From Hydrolagus affinis (lineage: Eukaryota): a stretch of DNA of 64,000 bases. Numbering within the stretch: position 1 is the stretch's first letter; each line of letters begins with the position of its first letter. A model generated the notes under the pieces. It was not told the origin of the DNA. It was given only the letters and a program-made list of their open reading frames with translations, and did not search any database. Of this stretch, positions 46,729 to 58,820 are shown in pieces. The position numbers and the translations under genes are program-made. The stretch covers positions 1 to 64,000 of the forward strand of contig JAAILG010001172.1 of assembly GCA_012026655.1 (NCBI GenBank), written 5' to 3'.

Positions 46729-47040
46729 GGAAGTTCTGTAGCTCAGTGATGAGAGCACTCTCCTCATTAGCGAGAGACCTAGGTTTAAATCCCCGTAGGG
46801 TGAAATCTTGGGCAAGTATCCTTACTCCACATGCCTGATAATAATCCCTCAAGAAAAAATAAATGATACATTGGTCATTTCAATCCATGACTGTTTGTGG
46901 GGACGCTGATGTGTGCAATTGGCTGATGAGTTTCACCCACAAATATACAGTCAATTCACCTTACAGTATATTCTGTGAAGTGCTTTGAGAAGTCTAGAAG
47001 ACAGGAAAAGCACTATATCAAATGCAAGGATTCTTCTTAT
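46729..47040 (+). mobile_element. SINE short form, full length, head-to-head with an older SINE head (~46480-46690, -)
   Basis: GTAGCTCAGTG head, CTTGGGCAAGT, Deu motif and tail. Confidence 0.88.
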
Positions 47041-47310
47041 TTTTCATACCAAAAACTCATCTGAACTAAAAAAAAATCTGTGAGAGTTTCCAATAACTGA
47101 GTTTATTTGCTCACCAACTGATTTTACATGGCTTTCCTATCAAGATGTACTTATCTGTATTAAATGCAAAGCCATGTCAATCCTGAATAGCTTTTTAGCT
47201 GTAAATGTTGAGGTGTTTGCTGCATTCACTGTCAAGATGAACTGTCACAATCAGTAAGGGAAGTGATACTGGAGCAAACAAAGGTCCCATACAGATTGTG
47301 ATCTCCTAAA

Positions 47311-47333
47311 CTCTCTCTCTCTCTCTCTCTCTC
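47311..47333. repeat. (CT)n microsatellite
   Basis: About 11 CT units. Confidence 0.9.
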
Positions 47334-47787
47334 AGTGACAGACAAGTGGATCTCTCTCGTTTCTGGACGTTAAAGAAGTGTTCTTTGTTTTGCTTCTCTA
47401 CTTCCAGCTCATGAGACCTGGAGATGACTTACTCTGGAGAGAATACAAAAGGAATGCAAAGTCATCCTTCCCCACTCCCATTCCACGTCAAATGGGGGTG
47501 AAAATAACTCCCAGTTTAAAGGACTAATTAAACTTTCAAATTTTTGGCACCACAATGTATGTGTTCAGATTATGCGTTCCAATTTATAATCTTCATTTGT
47601 CCTCTTTGCAGTGTTAATGGCCAATGGTGTTGAAACGGATATGTCATACTGGAATTCCTCCAGTGAGTGAGATACACAGATAAAATTACCCGTGTGGTTA
47701 AAAGAGGTCATGAGCTATCTTTATGGTGAATGGTGGCTACAACTGCTGTGGTTCAAAAGCAGTTCACAATCCTTGACGCTGAGATTT

Positions 47788-48272
47788 AATAATAATAATC
47801 CTTGAGTTTGATTTAGCGCCTATTACGTCTTCTAGAGGTCTCAAAGCGCTTCACAGAATATACTGTAAAGTGAATCGACTGTAAGTCTACGATTGTCCAG
47901 GCTTTCAGCCTCTCTGCTCCCACATTCTGGAACTCCATCCCACAGTCCCATTGCCTCGCTTCCTCCCTTGCCTCCTACAAGGCCGGTCTCAAGACCCTCC
48001 TTTTCGATCGTGCCTTCTGCCACCCTCCCACCTCTCTCCCCTCCCCCCTACACTGCACACCCCCCTGCCCCCCTGTGCTCGGGTCTTGACCCCCTGACTG
48101 TTCAGCACCTTGGGTCATCCTCCTGACGTGACAGGCGCTCTATAAATGTAATTTTGTTTGTTGTTGTTGTAAGCTTTGTAGGTGAAATGTGGCAGCCAAT
48201 TGCACACAACAGTCCCACAAACAGTCATCGATTGAGTGACCAAATTATTAGTTTTTTTGACAGGGATTAATT
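47788..48272 (-). mobile_element. SINE split by a sense-strand L2 3' end (~47893-48170)
   Basis: The SINE breaks at GACTGTAAG and resumes TGTAAGCTTTGTAGGTGAAA; TGTAAG is duplicated. Confidence 0.85.
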
Positions 48273-48595
48273 ACTGTCACCTTTAGCCCTCTGTGATCTG
48301 AAAAACTTTCGTTCACAACATTTTATCCAATAATTATCCAGTCAAATTAACAGTATTCATATGTTCCATAATTGAATTGTCACACAGATTTCACTGCTTA
48401 CATTTTGTTATCTGAATGTGAATATAACAGTTATTGTGCAGTGCCTGAATACTCATGCGTATTAGAGTAGTAAACAGCTGGAACCTGTCAAAGTTTGGGT
48501 TAAATCTCCACACGCACATGGTTAATGTGTTTGATAGACATGAAGATCATTTTTGTTTCCTAAGTGTGCAAAATAGCAGCATGCTCAACCATATA

Positions 48596-48804
48596 CAGTA
48601 AAAACCTGTTTATCTAGCACCCTCGGGATCTGACCAATGCCGGTTAAAGCGAGTGCTGGATATTCGGCCAAAAACACAATTAAAAAAAAATTAAAAATAC
48701 TTGTGCCGGATAAATTCTGGTTAATCGAATGGGGACCTTTTTTTGTGGTGCCGTTTATACGGAAGTTACGGTTGATCGGGTCACGGATAAACGGGCTTTT
48801 ACTG
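48596..48804. mobile_element. Tc1/mariner (pogo/Tigger-like) MITE, 209 bp
   Basis: TA|CAGTAAAAACCTGTTTATC ... GATAAACGGGCTTTTACTG|TA. Confidence 0.88.
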
Positions 48805-51297
48805 TATTCAGTTACACTTTTGTGTTGCTTCTATGTGTTAATGCAATAGCCTGTTACAAGCATTGAGTTCCATGTAACAACACTTCTGATTGAGAATAGT
48901 AATGTATGAGGCAGGAAGCATGGACTATCACAGTTCTAAATATTGCAAGCTAAATCAAATGAAAGCCAGTAATAGATTACTATATAAGGCTTCTAAATGC
49001 CCTGAAGCATAATGAGAAATGTACAAAATGTTATACATTGAAATAAGGTATACACATTTACAGTAATAAGATATAAAATGACAAACCTGATCAGGTCACT
49101 CATTCAACATTGTGTGATGTTTCTACTGGGTCAGATCCATAATACTGTACTATAATAACCAAAATATGAGCCTTAACACGGTAGTATTCATCACTACCTT
49201 CATCAGTCATTGATATACCTCAATGTAATCTGAGATTTGTAGGGTGCTCATAAATTAAATTGTATTCAGGGCTGCGGTATTGCTGCTTGGGAACAGAAGC
49301 CACGTGATGACCTTTATTCAGCCTTTACCAAAGTTTAGAATTTGCTCAAAATCGCGAATCACAAATCAGAATCTGTAATTAGTAAAATGTGTCCTGGTTA
49401 TGAATATATTTGCATTTAAGGTCACCTGTTTAAGTGTCACCAATTTGCCACTTCCCGCACTGCCAGTTGTGTAGACAGTCCCCAGTTGTCTGGCTGAACA
49501 TCACAGTCTAACAAGCCATACCAGGAGGACTCCATTTATCGATCACAACCTCCAAATTTTAAATTCCAAAGCACACCGACTGACTAAACTTTCTTCTGAT
49601 GGAAACAGTTCATTTAGTGCACCTATTCCTTTGTATATATCAGCTGCAGTGTCTTCAATGTGATTGATAGTGTGCAGAATTTATCCACTACAGTACTCAA
49701 TTTGAAATAATACATTACGGTATTTCTATAACGTTTTGCCCAACTGCTTGAAATGTATTGTAATCATTTGAAGAACAGTTCATTGCACTTTCATAGAACA
49801 ATTTATGGTATATCCTAACATTGTTTTAATAATAGTGCTGCTGTAGAGAGAAACTGATTAAAAGGAAAAGCGCTGATTCTTGAACAATTTCACTTTTATG
49901 ACAACAACTTACATATAGAGTACTTCAGAGCACTGAACACTGGAGGTGCCTGACTCCGAGCCTTAAACACGGTCGAAGAAGATTATTAAACACTTTGGAG
50001 CAATCTATGTACATAGAGATGTCTGGGGCTTGCACTTCCCATTAGCTTTTAACTCTGCATTGATAAAATATATAATTTTAATCACCAAGTTTGCCTTAAA
50101 CAAAATATGAATATAAATGTAACCCTCGATGACTAACACACTTGAAAATTGAGACAGTTACCCATATTATCACTAAGGGTTTTGCCTTTTAATAGTTTGA
50201 ACATTTTCACTTGCCCTTTAATTTTTCATGACAGAAATAGATTTGTTCTGAGCCCAATTCTGCCAGAAAAAAAGATCAATAGATTTTTGTGGGGTTGCAA
50301 TATTATAACAAAATGCCAAATCAGTGAGTGCCCTTCAGTTAAAGCCTTTTCAAGCGAAGACTTTATTGACCATTTGTCCTGTGTTTGAAAATCAATTATT
50401 GTGTCATAAGAATACTATACCGTGAAGATTCAAAGATCCAATTTACATGTTTTCTTTGTGCGGTATAGCAGTTCCTATGTGGTTCTTCTTCAACCACTGA
50501 CAAGTAAGCCTTTTATCAACTTATTCAATTGTACGCTGATGCTTTTCACATGAACTTTCACTCCAGCATAACAACTGAAAGAGTCTCTTTGATATACGAA
50601 TGAATAGTTCCTTTACTGTAGAAGTACTGTGCTCTTTGACATGGAAATAGATAAAGGACAAATCAAATACACAGGGTTGTGTATACTGTACTACTTACTG
50701 TTAGTACCTGCGTTAAAGTCTTTGTTTTTTGTATAAGCAAAATAATAATTATTATTAGCTATGTATCGCAACATGGTCAAATAGACTGTACCACAGGAAC
50801 CATACTATGATTTTGAATTGGTTCAGGTTCTGCCATCATCACATGCTGGTTAAGGACCTTGGCAATGTGTCAGCAAACGTTGCTAGGCAGTCCTTACCAT
50901 ACATCGGCATTCTCTTCATAACACACTGCATTACTTTAGTCAAATTTGCATTACTTTAGTCTTCAATGACCAACTCATATTTCTCATGTAATTAAATGCA
51001 TAATTATTGCACATGCATTTAACATGGCTGTCCTAATGGTTTGCAGTATTGGAATGCGTATTAATATTCATAAGACTCACTATGAACAAGATAATCTCTG
51101 TGCCACAGCATTGCTTATGCTTTGCACATTTATGCTGAACTCTCCAAGTGCCACTTTATGCTACAGTATTTGGTAATAGGACCTACAAAGCTACCTGTTT
51201 CTGAAGTGACAGCCCATTATTTACAGCTAGTTATCCAGGCAGAATATAAACCTTACAGGTTGCCTAACAGGCAAAGTCATGCAGACATTCTTTCATT

Positions 51298-51612
51298 ATA
51301 AATAACAATGCTTGCATTTGATATAACACCTTATCATAGTTTAGGGAGCTTTCAAAGTGCTTCACAGAATATACTGTTAGTGAATTGACTGTACATTTTG
51401 TGGGTGAAACGTGGCAGCCAATTGCACACAGCAGTTTCCCACATTCGCTCTTGGATGTAGTGACCAAGTTATTTATTTATTGAAGGGATTATTACCTCTG
51501 GAGAAGTGATCTGCCAATCAACTAACAACTGGGTTCCCACTTACTGTTGGTCAACAGAGACCTGAGGAGTAAGGACACCTGTCCAATGTTTCGTCCAGCT
51601 GAGGTCTTCTCA
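51298..51612 (-). mobile_element. SINE long form (CORE-like segment retained)
   Basis: Contains GTTCCCACTTACTGTTGGTCAACAGAG between GGGATTATTAC and GGAGTAAGGA. Confidence 0.75.
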
Positions 51613-52724
51613 CGTTCTTTTATGACACTGCTATCCTTGCTCAGCAGGCATTGGCTTCTTCATGTCCCTCCCCTACCTGCCCCACCATTGGTCGGCAGAC
51701 CTTCAGTGTTTCTGACCTTAGTCTCTGGAACTCAATCTGGAAACCTTCTGCCTGATTGCAATCTTTTCGATTGCACTTTTGGTAATCTTCCCCCACCACC
51801 CACTGTACCCTCTCAGATGTCCAGTCAGTCTGTGTAAAATGCTTTGAGACATCCTCCGATCACAACAGGCAATACCGGTATATGTTTTTGTAATCTGTGG
51901 AAGGAGTGAGCTTGAGGGAGATGAATGTTCCATGTTTAATTAATAATAATCTTTGCATTCGATATATCACATTGAAACATCTCAAAGCACTTCACAGATT
52001 TTTATGGGAAGCGGAGTGACTGTACATTTATAGATGAATGCAAAAGAAAATTTATGCACAATAAATACCCCACAAACATGTAAGAGGTGAATGAACAATA
52101 TCATTGGGGGATTGTTGGCCAAGACGCTGAGAGAAACTCTCTGTGGCATGACCATGTGAATAGATAAACAAAACCTCCACTTAATGTTTTATCCAAAGGG
52201 CAATACCTATGTCAATGCAATGCTCCTCCACCACTGAACTGGGTCTCTCTCTGCCTCAACTTCCTTGCCTTTGTGTGATAAAATAGCTGTATGTATTACA
52301 ATGTGCTGAATTTACTGAACATAAGCTGTAATACCTTGTTCAGGTACAGTTTTTTTTAAAAAAAATTCTCAAAGCAAATACTTTCTTTCATTTTTGTAAT
52401 TTCCTCAATGGCTCAGAAAATGTTTTGTAGCTGAGTGTCAGTGAAGTCTCACTCCCTTTACTAAGCGAAGTGAAGAATCCCTCAGCAGCTGGCCTGGAGC
52501 CAGCTTGGTGTGTTCCTGCCTTTGCCTCAGAGTAAGCGCTGAAACCATTTACAGTACTAATGCTCTTCCTACAGAGGCTGCTCGTGGGAACAATTAATGT
52601 TTGTGGTGGGCCTCACTTCGGACCTTCATGCAAAGCAGGGATTATGCTGTGACTTTGCAGCTTGTATCAGAGGTATTGTTTAAGGCTGATTAATACAATA
52701 AAGGGCTGTAAGTAAACTTCTAAA

Positions 52725-52925
52725 TTTAGTTCCAATTAACGCTGGAGTCTGACCATTTTTTAACGGTAGACTTGTACCCACTGGGAAATGGACCAAGATT
52801 GGCCCAAACTCAACTCATTTGCAATTCTTTCAGCCAGTGAATAGAAAAGGATCTACTGAGGACTCTGGACTGGATTCAAACTTGGTTTCGATGTGAAAGG
52901 GCCATGTGCTGACCCAGTGCACCAG
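52725..52925 (-). mobile_element. LF-SINE-like ancient SINE 5' part
   Basis: Minus strand GCCCTTTCAC..TTTGAATCCAGTCCAG..CTGGCTG..AAATGAGTT..GGTCCATTTCCCAGTGGG follows the order of recalled LF-SINE consensus blocks. Confidence 0.5.
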
Positions 52926-52990
52926 CTAGTCTACAAAGATTCTAGCTACGAAAGAGACAAAGTGCCAGAGTTCAAGCCAATGGAATTTAC

Positions 52991-53058
52991 AACCTCTGAA
53001 GAAGCAGAAGGCATTCGAATTTGTTTGCTGAAACACTGCAGATACAGTTCATTAGGTT
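52991..53058 (+). ncRNA. Candidate type I hammerhead ribozyme (imperfect stem III)
   Basis: AACCT-CTGAAGA-AGCAGA..TTTGCT-GAAA-CACTG..CAGT-TCATT-AGGTT: core boxes plus a 5-bp stem I and 6-bp stem II. Confidence 0.35.
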
Positions 53059-53569
53059 ATCCAGTTAAAACGATGAAGGTTACATCCCTCAGGATCACTA
53101 CATCGTCAAGGCGTTGTGAAGCGTATTAATGATGAAATGAAGTACTGCAATGAATGTTGGCAAAAATAATTAACTGTGACACTGTGCATTCTGTGGAAAA
53201 TTGTCTTTTGACGAAAAGATTAGTTAAAAAAAAGTTGCCATCATTGCAAATTGGCCTCTAAACTCTTCTATTTTAAAAACAAAATGCTTCTCTTACAGTT
53301 ACTATTTTTCCATAGGACTTTCTCTAGGTGAACAAATGCCCTCACTTCAGTTCAATTTTTACGTGACAAAGACAAAAATATTCAGTTGTCTCATGACATA
53401 TGTTATACTAGTGTTCTGAAGCCAGGTGGAGGTTTGAAGATGACAGTACAGGAGCAATCACCAGCTGCCCTCATCATTCTGGTGGTCATATCTCTAGGTT
53501 GCTAATTGTGTCATTGCATTATTCCTCCAGTTATTGAGCTTTTCTGTCACTGTCTCCAGTGTAAAAGAC

Positions 53570-54021
53570 TTGTTAGCAAAATTGAAGCCCATGAGATTAA
53601 AGTAACAGGGGCAGCATGGATCTGAAATGACCTGAAAGCAGAGAGTAGTTGGGAACGGTTGGTTTTCAGACTGTTGAGAAAGAGAATAGGGAGAAACTGT
53701 TTCCTCTGGCGGGTGGGTTGGTAACCAGAAGACATAAATTTAAGATGATTGGCTAAAGAACCAGAGGGGGAAACAGGGATAATTTTGTTTATTCAGAGAC
53801 TTGTTATGATCTGGAATGCACTGCTTGAAAGGGCAGTGGAAGCAGATTCGATCATAGGTTTCAAAAGGGAATTGGGTAGATATTTGAAAAGGAAAAATTT
53901 CCAGGGAGAAGGGATGAGGTAAGAACAGGGAAAGTGGGACTACTTAGACTAGTCTGTCCAAGAGCCAGCACAGGCACGGTGGGCCGAATGGCTTCCGTTT
54001 ATACTCTCAAATTCTATGATT
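53570..54021 (+). mobile_element. CR1 fragment (mid-RT piece joined to the 3' end)
   Basis: AAAATTGAAGCCCATGAGAT..; GAGAAACTGTTTCCTCTGG..ACCAGAAGACATAAATTTAAG..TGGAATGCACTGC..GGGCCGAATGGCTTCC..ATTCTATGATT. Confidence 0.85.
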
Positions 54022-54876
54022 TTATAAAAGGACTCTTACTCTGAACATCTGCAAATACAGTACTCATTTCAATAGTAACTGATTCATTTTCCTGTCAGCA
54101 CACAAATATCTTTTTTTGAATGCGTGACTTTAGATCATTTTATTGACAGTTTATGGCATTAGCCGCTGCAAGTTCACACACAGTGAAATTCCTTTGTTAG
54201 GAGTGGAAGCTGCTGGAGCAAAAATACAATTCACTTTCTTTGCAGTTACATGTTTCTGCAATCAAATTATGACTTAAGGGCTTAAGTACTTTATGTAATA
54301 GTGAAGTTTAGTGAAGCTCTGAGTAATGTATATAAATGGGTACAGCCCAACTTCAAAATATCAGATAAACTAAGTACTGTATCGAGGGCAGTCATACAGT
54401 CCACATGGCTTACATACTTGAATGGTCCATATATTCCCTCTCTTTATAAAACAGGTGGTTGGTAATCAAAACTGGGGCTAAAATATCTTTGCTTGCATTT
54501 GTTTATTTTTACTCTGGCTTTGCCATCATGGCTCGCCTTTCAGATGAGGTAGAGTGGGGGGACGGGCTGCGGCCTAAATGAATGGCAGATGTGCAATGCA
54601 ACACTGACCATGCAACTTTGATTGCAGTATTACCATCCCACCTAACATATGGGTTCAAAGACACCTTGAATTGCTCAGTTCTGCAGCTCTCTGTTCAGAG
54701 TTTGTGGAAGGACACTGTACCCTAGCAAACTATGTCAGCACGGAAGTCGGAAAATGGCCTAAACTGTTTAGCTCACAACACAGGACAATCGGCACACAGG
54801 CTCCACGCCATCTATAGAGAAATCTAACATTCTGTTAGCACATGGCCTGAACAACATCTCTGTAAAGTCTAGAATT

Positions 54877-55049
54877 AAAAAACAGTGCTGGAAACTTTCA
54901 CCCAGCAGGTCAGTGAGTACCTCAAAGAGAAAGAAAAGTTAATGATTCACGTATGGGCTTTCATCACTTCTGACCCAAAACAATAACCTCTCTTATTCTT
55001 TCAGATGCTGATGGACCTGCTGTGTGTTTCCAGCTTTTTGTCTGTTTTT
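54877..55049. mobile_element. Inverted pair of Penelope-type terminal repeats (hairpin)
   Basis: GCTGGAAAC..CAGCAGGTC is mirrored by GACCTGCTGTGTGTTTCCAGC; degenerate hammerhead boxes in the centre. Confidence 0.62.
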
Positions 55050-56229
55050 AATTATGCCATCTTCTTAATTGCTTTTGAAACATTTACAAATGTCAGAAAA
55101 GGAGAGCCAACAGACCATACAGGCAGACTGGTGTTTCTCGGAGCCTGGGGCATAGGAATTGAAGTCTGACCATTCACAATGGTGCAGAGAGAGTGCAGGA
55201 CACACAGAAAGCTCCAATTAGCTGAGCGGTTAGAGGTGAGGGTCGTGGAGTAGTGTAGGAGGAGACTGAAGAGATGAGGAGATAGTAGAGAATGGATGAA
55301 TCTGTAGGTGAGGAACTTGAAATCGATCTGCTGTGAGATAGGGAGTCAGTGGAGACTGGCGGGGACTAATCTGATGGGCAATACCGGGTATTGGGATTAA
55401 AAGATTTGGCAAAATCTAATCAGTACCTCCTTCACCATTGTGTATTATTTTTGTGGTACTGGGACCTACATTGCGTGCATTATTCCAAACTCAAAATTTG
55501 TTTCCTTTAGTTGAAGAATCACTGACAAGGGAGTATACAGTACTCTTAAAGATTGTTACCAGCAAAACTAGAGAAGAGTTTAGCAGAAATGTCTTTACTC
55601 AGAGGATTATTAGGGTTGGGAAGTATTGACTTCAAGTGGCTATTGAGGCTGGATTATCAGAATCTTTAAAGGGAATTGGACAAGTACCTGAGCAGTAAAA
55701 TAGTAATAAAATAATAAGATAAGATGATAAAAAAAACTGGAAACAACAGCAACAACATTTTAAAAACATTTATAGAGCACCTTTCAGATCGGGAGAACGT
55801 CCCAAGGCACTGGAAAGTGGGGATAATAAAAAATTATTTATGTGGAAAAACAGATATCAGTGCTATAGTATCAACGATTGAAATGGCTCTCATCTGTATG
55901 AAACATTCCTGTATTTCAGTGTGGTTTTACTGCAGCTGCAGACAATTTTACAACTCTTCAGAATTAAACATTGTATACATCATGTACATATACATCAGTT
56001 TTAGGAGTGCACTGATTGTTGGAGGTACTGTCCTGAGATGAAACATTAAACCGAGATCCTATTTGCCTGTTCAGGTGGATTTTAAAGACCCATATTCAAA
56101 AAGAAATGGGAGTTTCTCCCATTGTATTGGCTCCCAAATAAAAATAGTCATTCATTTTATGGCTATTTTGGGGACGATGCTGTGTGTAAATATGCTACTG
56201 TGTTTGTCCACAAAACACAAATCCTTACA

Positions 56230-56576
56230 CCCACTGGGTTAGTGGTTACAGCACTCATCTCACAAACAAGAGGATCTGGGTTTGATTCCTGGGCAGGGTG
56301 AAACATAAAACAAGTTTCTTTACTCTACCAGCCTCTGTTCACCTAGCAGTAAGTAGGAACTAGGTTGTTTGTGGATTGGTGGATCGCTTTCCCATGGGTA
56401 ATAATCCCTTAAAGTATAATAATAATTTGGTCAATCAATCCACGACTATTTGTGGGACACTGCTGTGTATCGCCGACAAAATATACAGTCACTACACTTT
56501 ACAGTGTATTCTGTGAGGTACTTTGAGAAGATGTGATAAGGCGCTAAATCAAATGCAAGAATTATTTTTAGTATTA
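56230..56576 (+). mobile_element. SINE long form
   Basis: tRNA head, then CAAGTTTCTTTACTCTACCAGCCTCTGTTCACCTAGCAGTAAGTAGGAAC, then TAATAATCCC, Deu motif and tail. Confidence 0.82.
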
Positions 56577-56586
56577 TGTCCTGTGA

Positions 56587-58820
56587 AACAACAAAATTAC
56601 ATTTATAGAGCACCTTTCACGTTGGGAGGATGTCCCCAGGCACTGAACATTCAGGGGTCGGGATCCAAGCTTGTGGGAGGGTAGTGTAGGGGGGAGGGGA
56701 GGGAGAGAGGTGGGAGGGACTGTGGGATGGTGTTCCAGAGTATGGGAGCAGAGAGGCTGAAAGCCTGGCCACCGATGGTAGGGCAGGTCAGGTAGGGCAG
56801 ACCGGAGCCCACTGAACAGAGGGGGCCGTCAGGGTCATAGGGAGACAGTAGGTCAGAGAGATAGACGGGGGCAAGGCCGTGAATGGCCTTGAAAGTGAGG
56901 ATGTTGAATTCGATCCTCTGGGGGATGGGGAGCCAGTGGAGACGGGCGAGGGTGAGAGTGATGTGGTTGCGGACTCTCCCTGGTGCGGGAGATTACACGA
57001 GCTACTGAATTCTGAATGATCTGCAGCTTGTGAAGGGAAGAGCCGGGGAGGTCAACATAAAAGGAGTTTCCATAGTCGAGCCTTGATGAAAAGAATGCAT
57101 GGATGAAGTATTTCGGCAGCCTGAGGAGTGAGTCAGTGGCGGAATCTGGCAAAGTTACGAAGGTGGTGAGAGGCAGTGCTGATCATGGTGCAGATGTGAG
57201 GGAGAAGGGACTATTCAGAGTCAATCAAAACACCCAGGTTCCTGACTGACTTCATGAGATGGAAAGTGCAGCCTTGGATGATGATGTTGCCAGCGCTGGA
57301 GGTGCGGAGGCGCTGATGCAAACCATTCAGGAGAAACTCAGTCTTGTTGACGTTCAGCTGGAGAAAGTTGTCCCTCATCCAGGACTCGATGTCAGACCCG
57401 GCCGGCAGTCAGGATGCCAGTAGTCCTGGAGATGAGGGTGGAAGCGGAGAGATAGAGCTGGGTGTCATGTGCGTACCTGTGGAAATTTACCCCATATCTG
57501 TGGATGATGTCAGCGAGTGGGAGCATGTAGAGGGTGAAGAGGAGGGGACTGAGGACAGAACCCTGAGGAACGCTGCACAAGACGGTGCGGGGGCTGGAAG
57601 AAAAGCTATTGGCGGACACAAAGTGGAGACGGTGTGAAAGATAGGACCGGAACCAATCAAGGATACAACCTTGAATGTTGAGGTGGGAGGAGAGACGGTG
57701 GAGGAGGATCGAGTGGTCAACAGTATCGAAGGCGGCAGATAGGTCGAGGAGGAAGAGCAGGCAGAGGGAGCTCTGGTCACAAATTGTCAGGAAATCATTT
57801 GTGATTTGTGTTTCTGTGCTGTGGGCAGCACGGAAGCTCAATTGGAGGATCTTGTGGAGGGAGTGGGATGAGAGGAAAGAGCAAATCTTGGAGACTGTTT
57901 CAAGGACTTTCGACAGTAAAGGGAGGTTGGAGATGGGCTGATATCTTGAAAGCTGTTATGCATCAAGGGAAGGTTTCTTGAGGATGGGGTGATAGTGGCT
58001 GTTTTGAGGCAGGTGGGAACGATGCCGGATGAAAGGGACAGGTTGATAGTGTCAGCGAAGAGTGGGACAAGGAGGTGGAGTGGGAGGTAATGAGAGGGGT
58101 GGGGATGGGGTCTAGAGGGCAGGTAGTTGGCTTCATAAACAACAAAATTACATTTATAGAGCGCCTTTCACATCGGAAGGACGTCCCAAGGCGCTGAACA
58201 GTTAGGTCGTGACCCAAGCAGGGGTGGGGGAGTGGGTGGTGGTCGGTGTAGGGGGAAGGAGAGTAGGAGATGGGGGGAGAGTTAGGAGGGGAGCAGAAGG
58301 CACGGTCAAAGAGGAAGGTCTTGAGACCAGCCTGGAAGGAGAAAAGGGAGGAAGCGAGGCAAAGGGTTTGCAGGATGGAGTTCCAGAGTGTGGGGGCAGA
58401 GAGGCTGAAAGCCCAGCTGCCAATGATGGGGTAGTTCGGGTGGGGGACGTGGAGCAGGCCAGAGTCCACTGAATGGAGGGAACAGGCAGGCTGATAGGGA
58501 GACAGCAGGTCGGAGAGATAGGCGGGGGCAAGGCTGTGAATGGCCTTGAAAGTGAGGATGAGGATCTTGAATTCGATCTTGAATTCAAAGCGGATATGGT
58601 GGTGATGATAGAGGAAGGGGAGACAGGTTTGAAGGTGTGGAAGGAGGGATGGGTAGGAGTAGGGAAGGAGGTGGGGATGGGCTGGAAGTTGGAATGGTTT
58701 GACAGCTGAGCAGATTCCCTTGATTTTGGACTCAGTGGGAATGAGTCCAAAGTGGGACTAGCAGTGTCTAGCAGTGGGAATTAGAGGAAAGAAACTGCGT
58801 GGCACGGTGGCGAGGTAAGA
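56587..58820 (-). mobile_element. L2 LINE, ~2.2 kb, RT domain recognisable, with a second L2 3' end nested at 58137-58588
   Basis: FRAAHSTET..LLDLSAAFDTVDHSILLHRL..VPQGSVLSPLLFTLYMLPL..YAHDTQLY; IHAFFSSRLDYGNS..LQIIQNSVAR; two (AAC)n tails; frameshifted. Confidence 0.94.
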
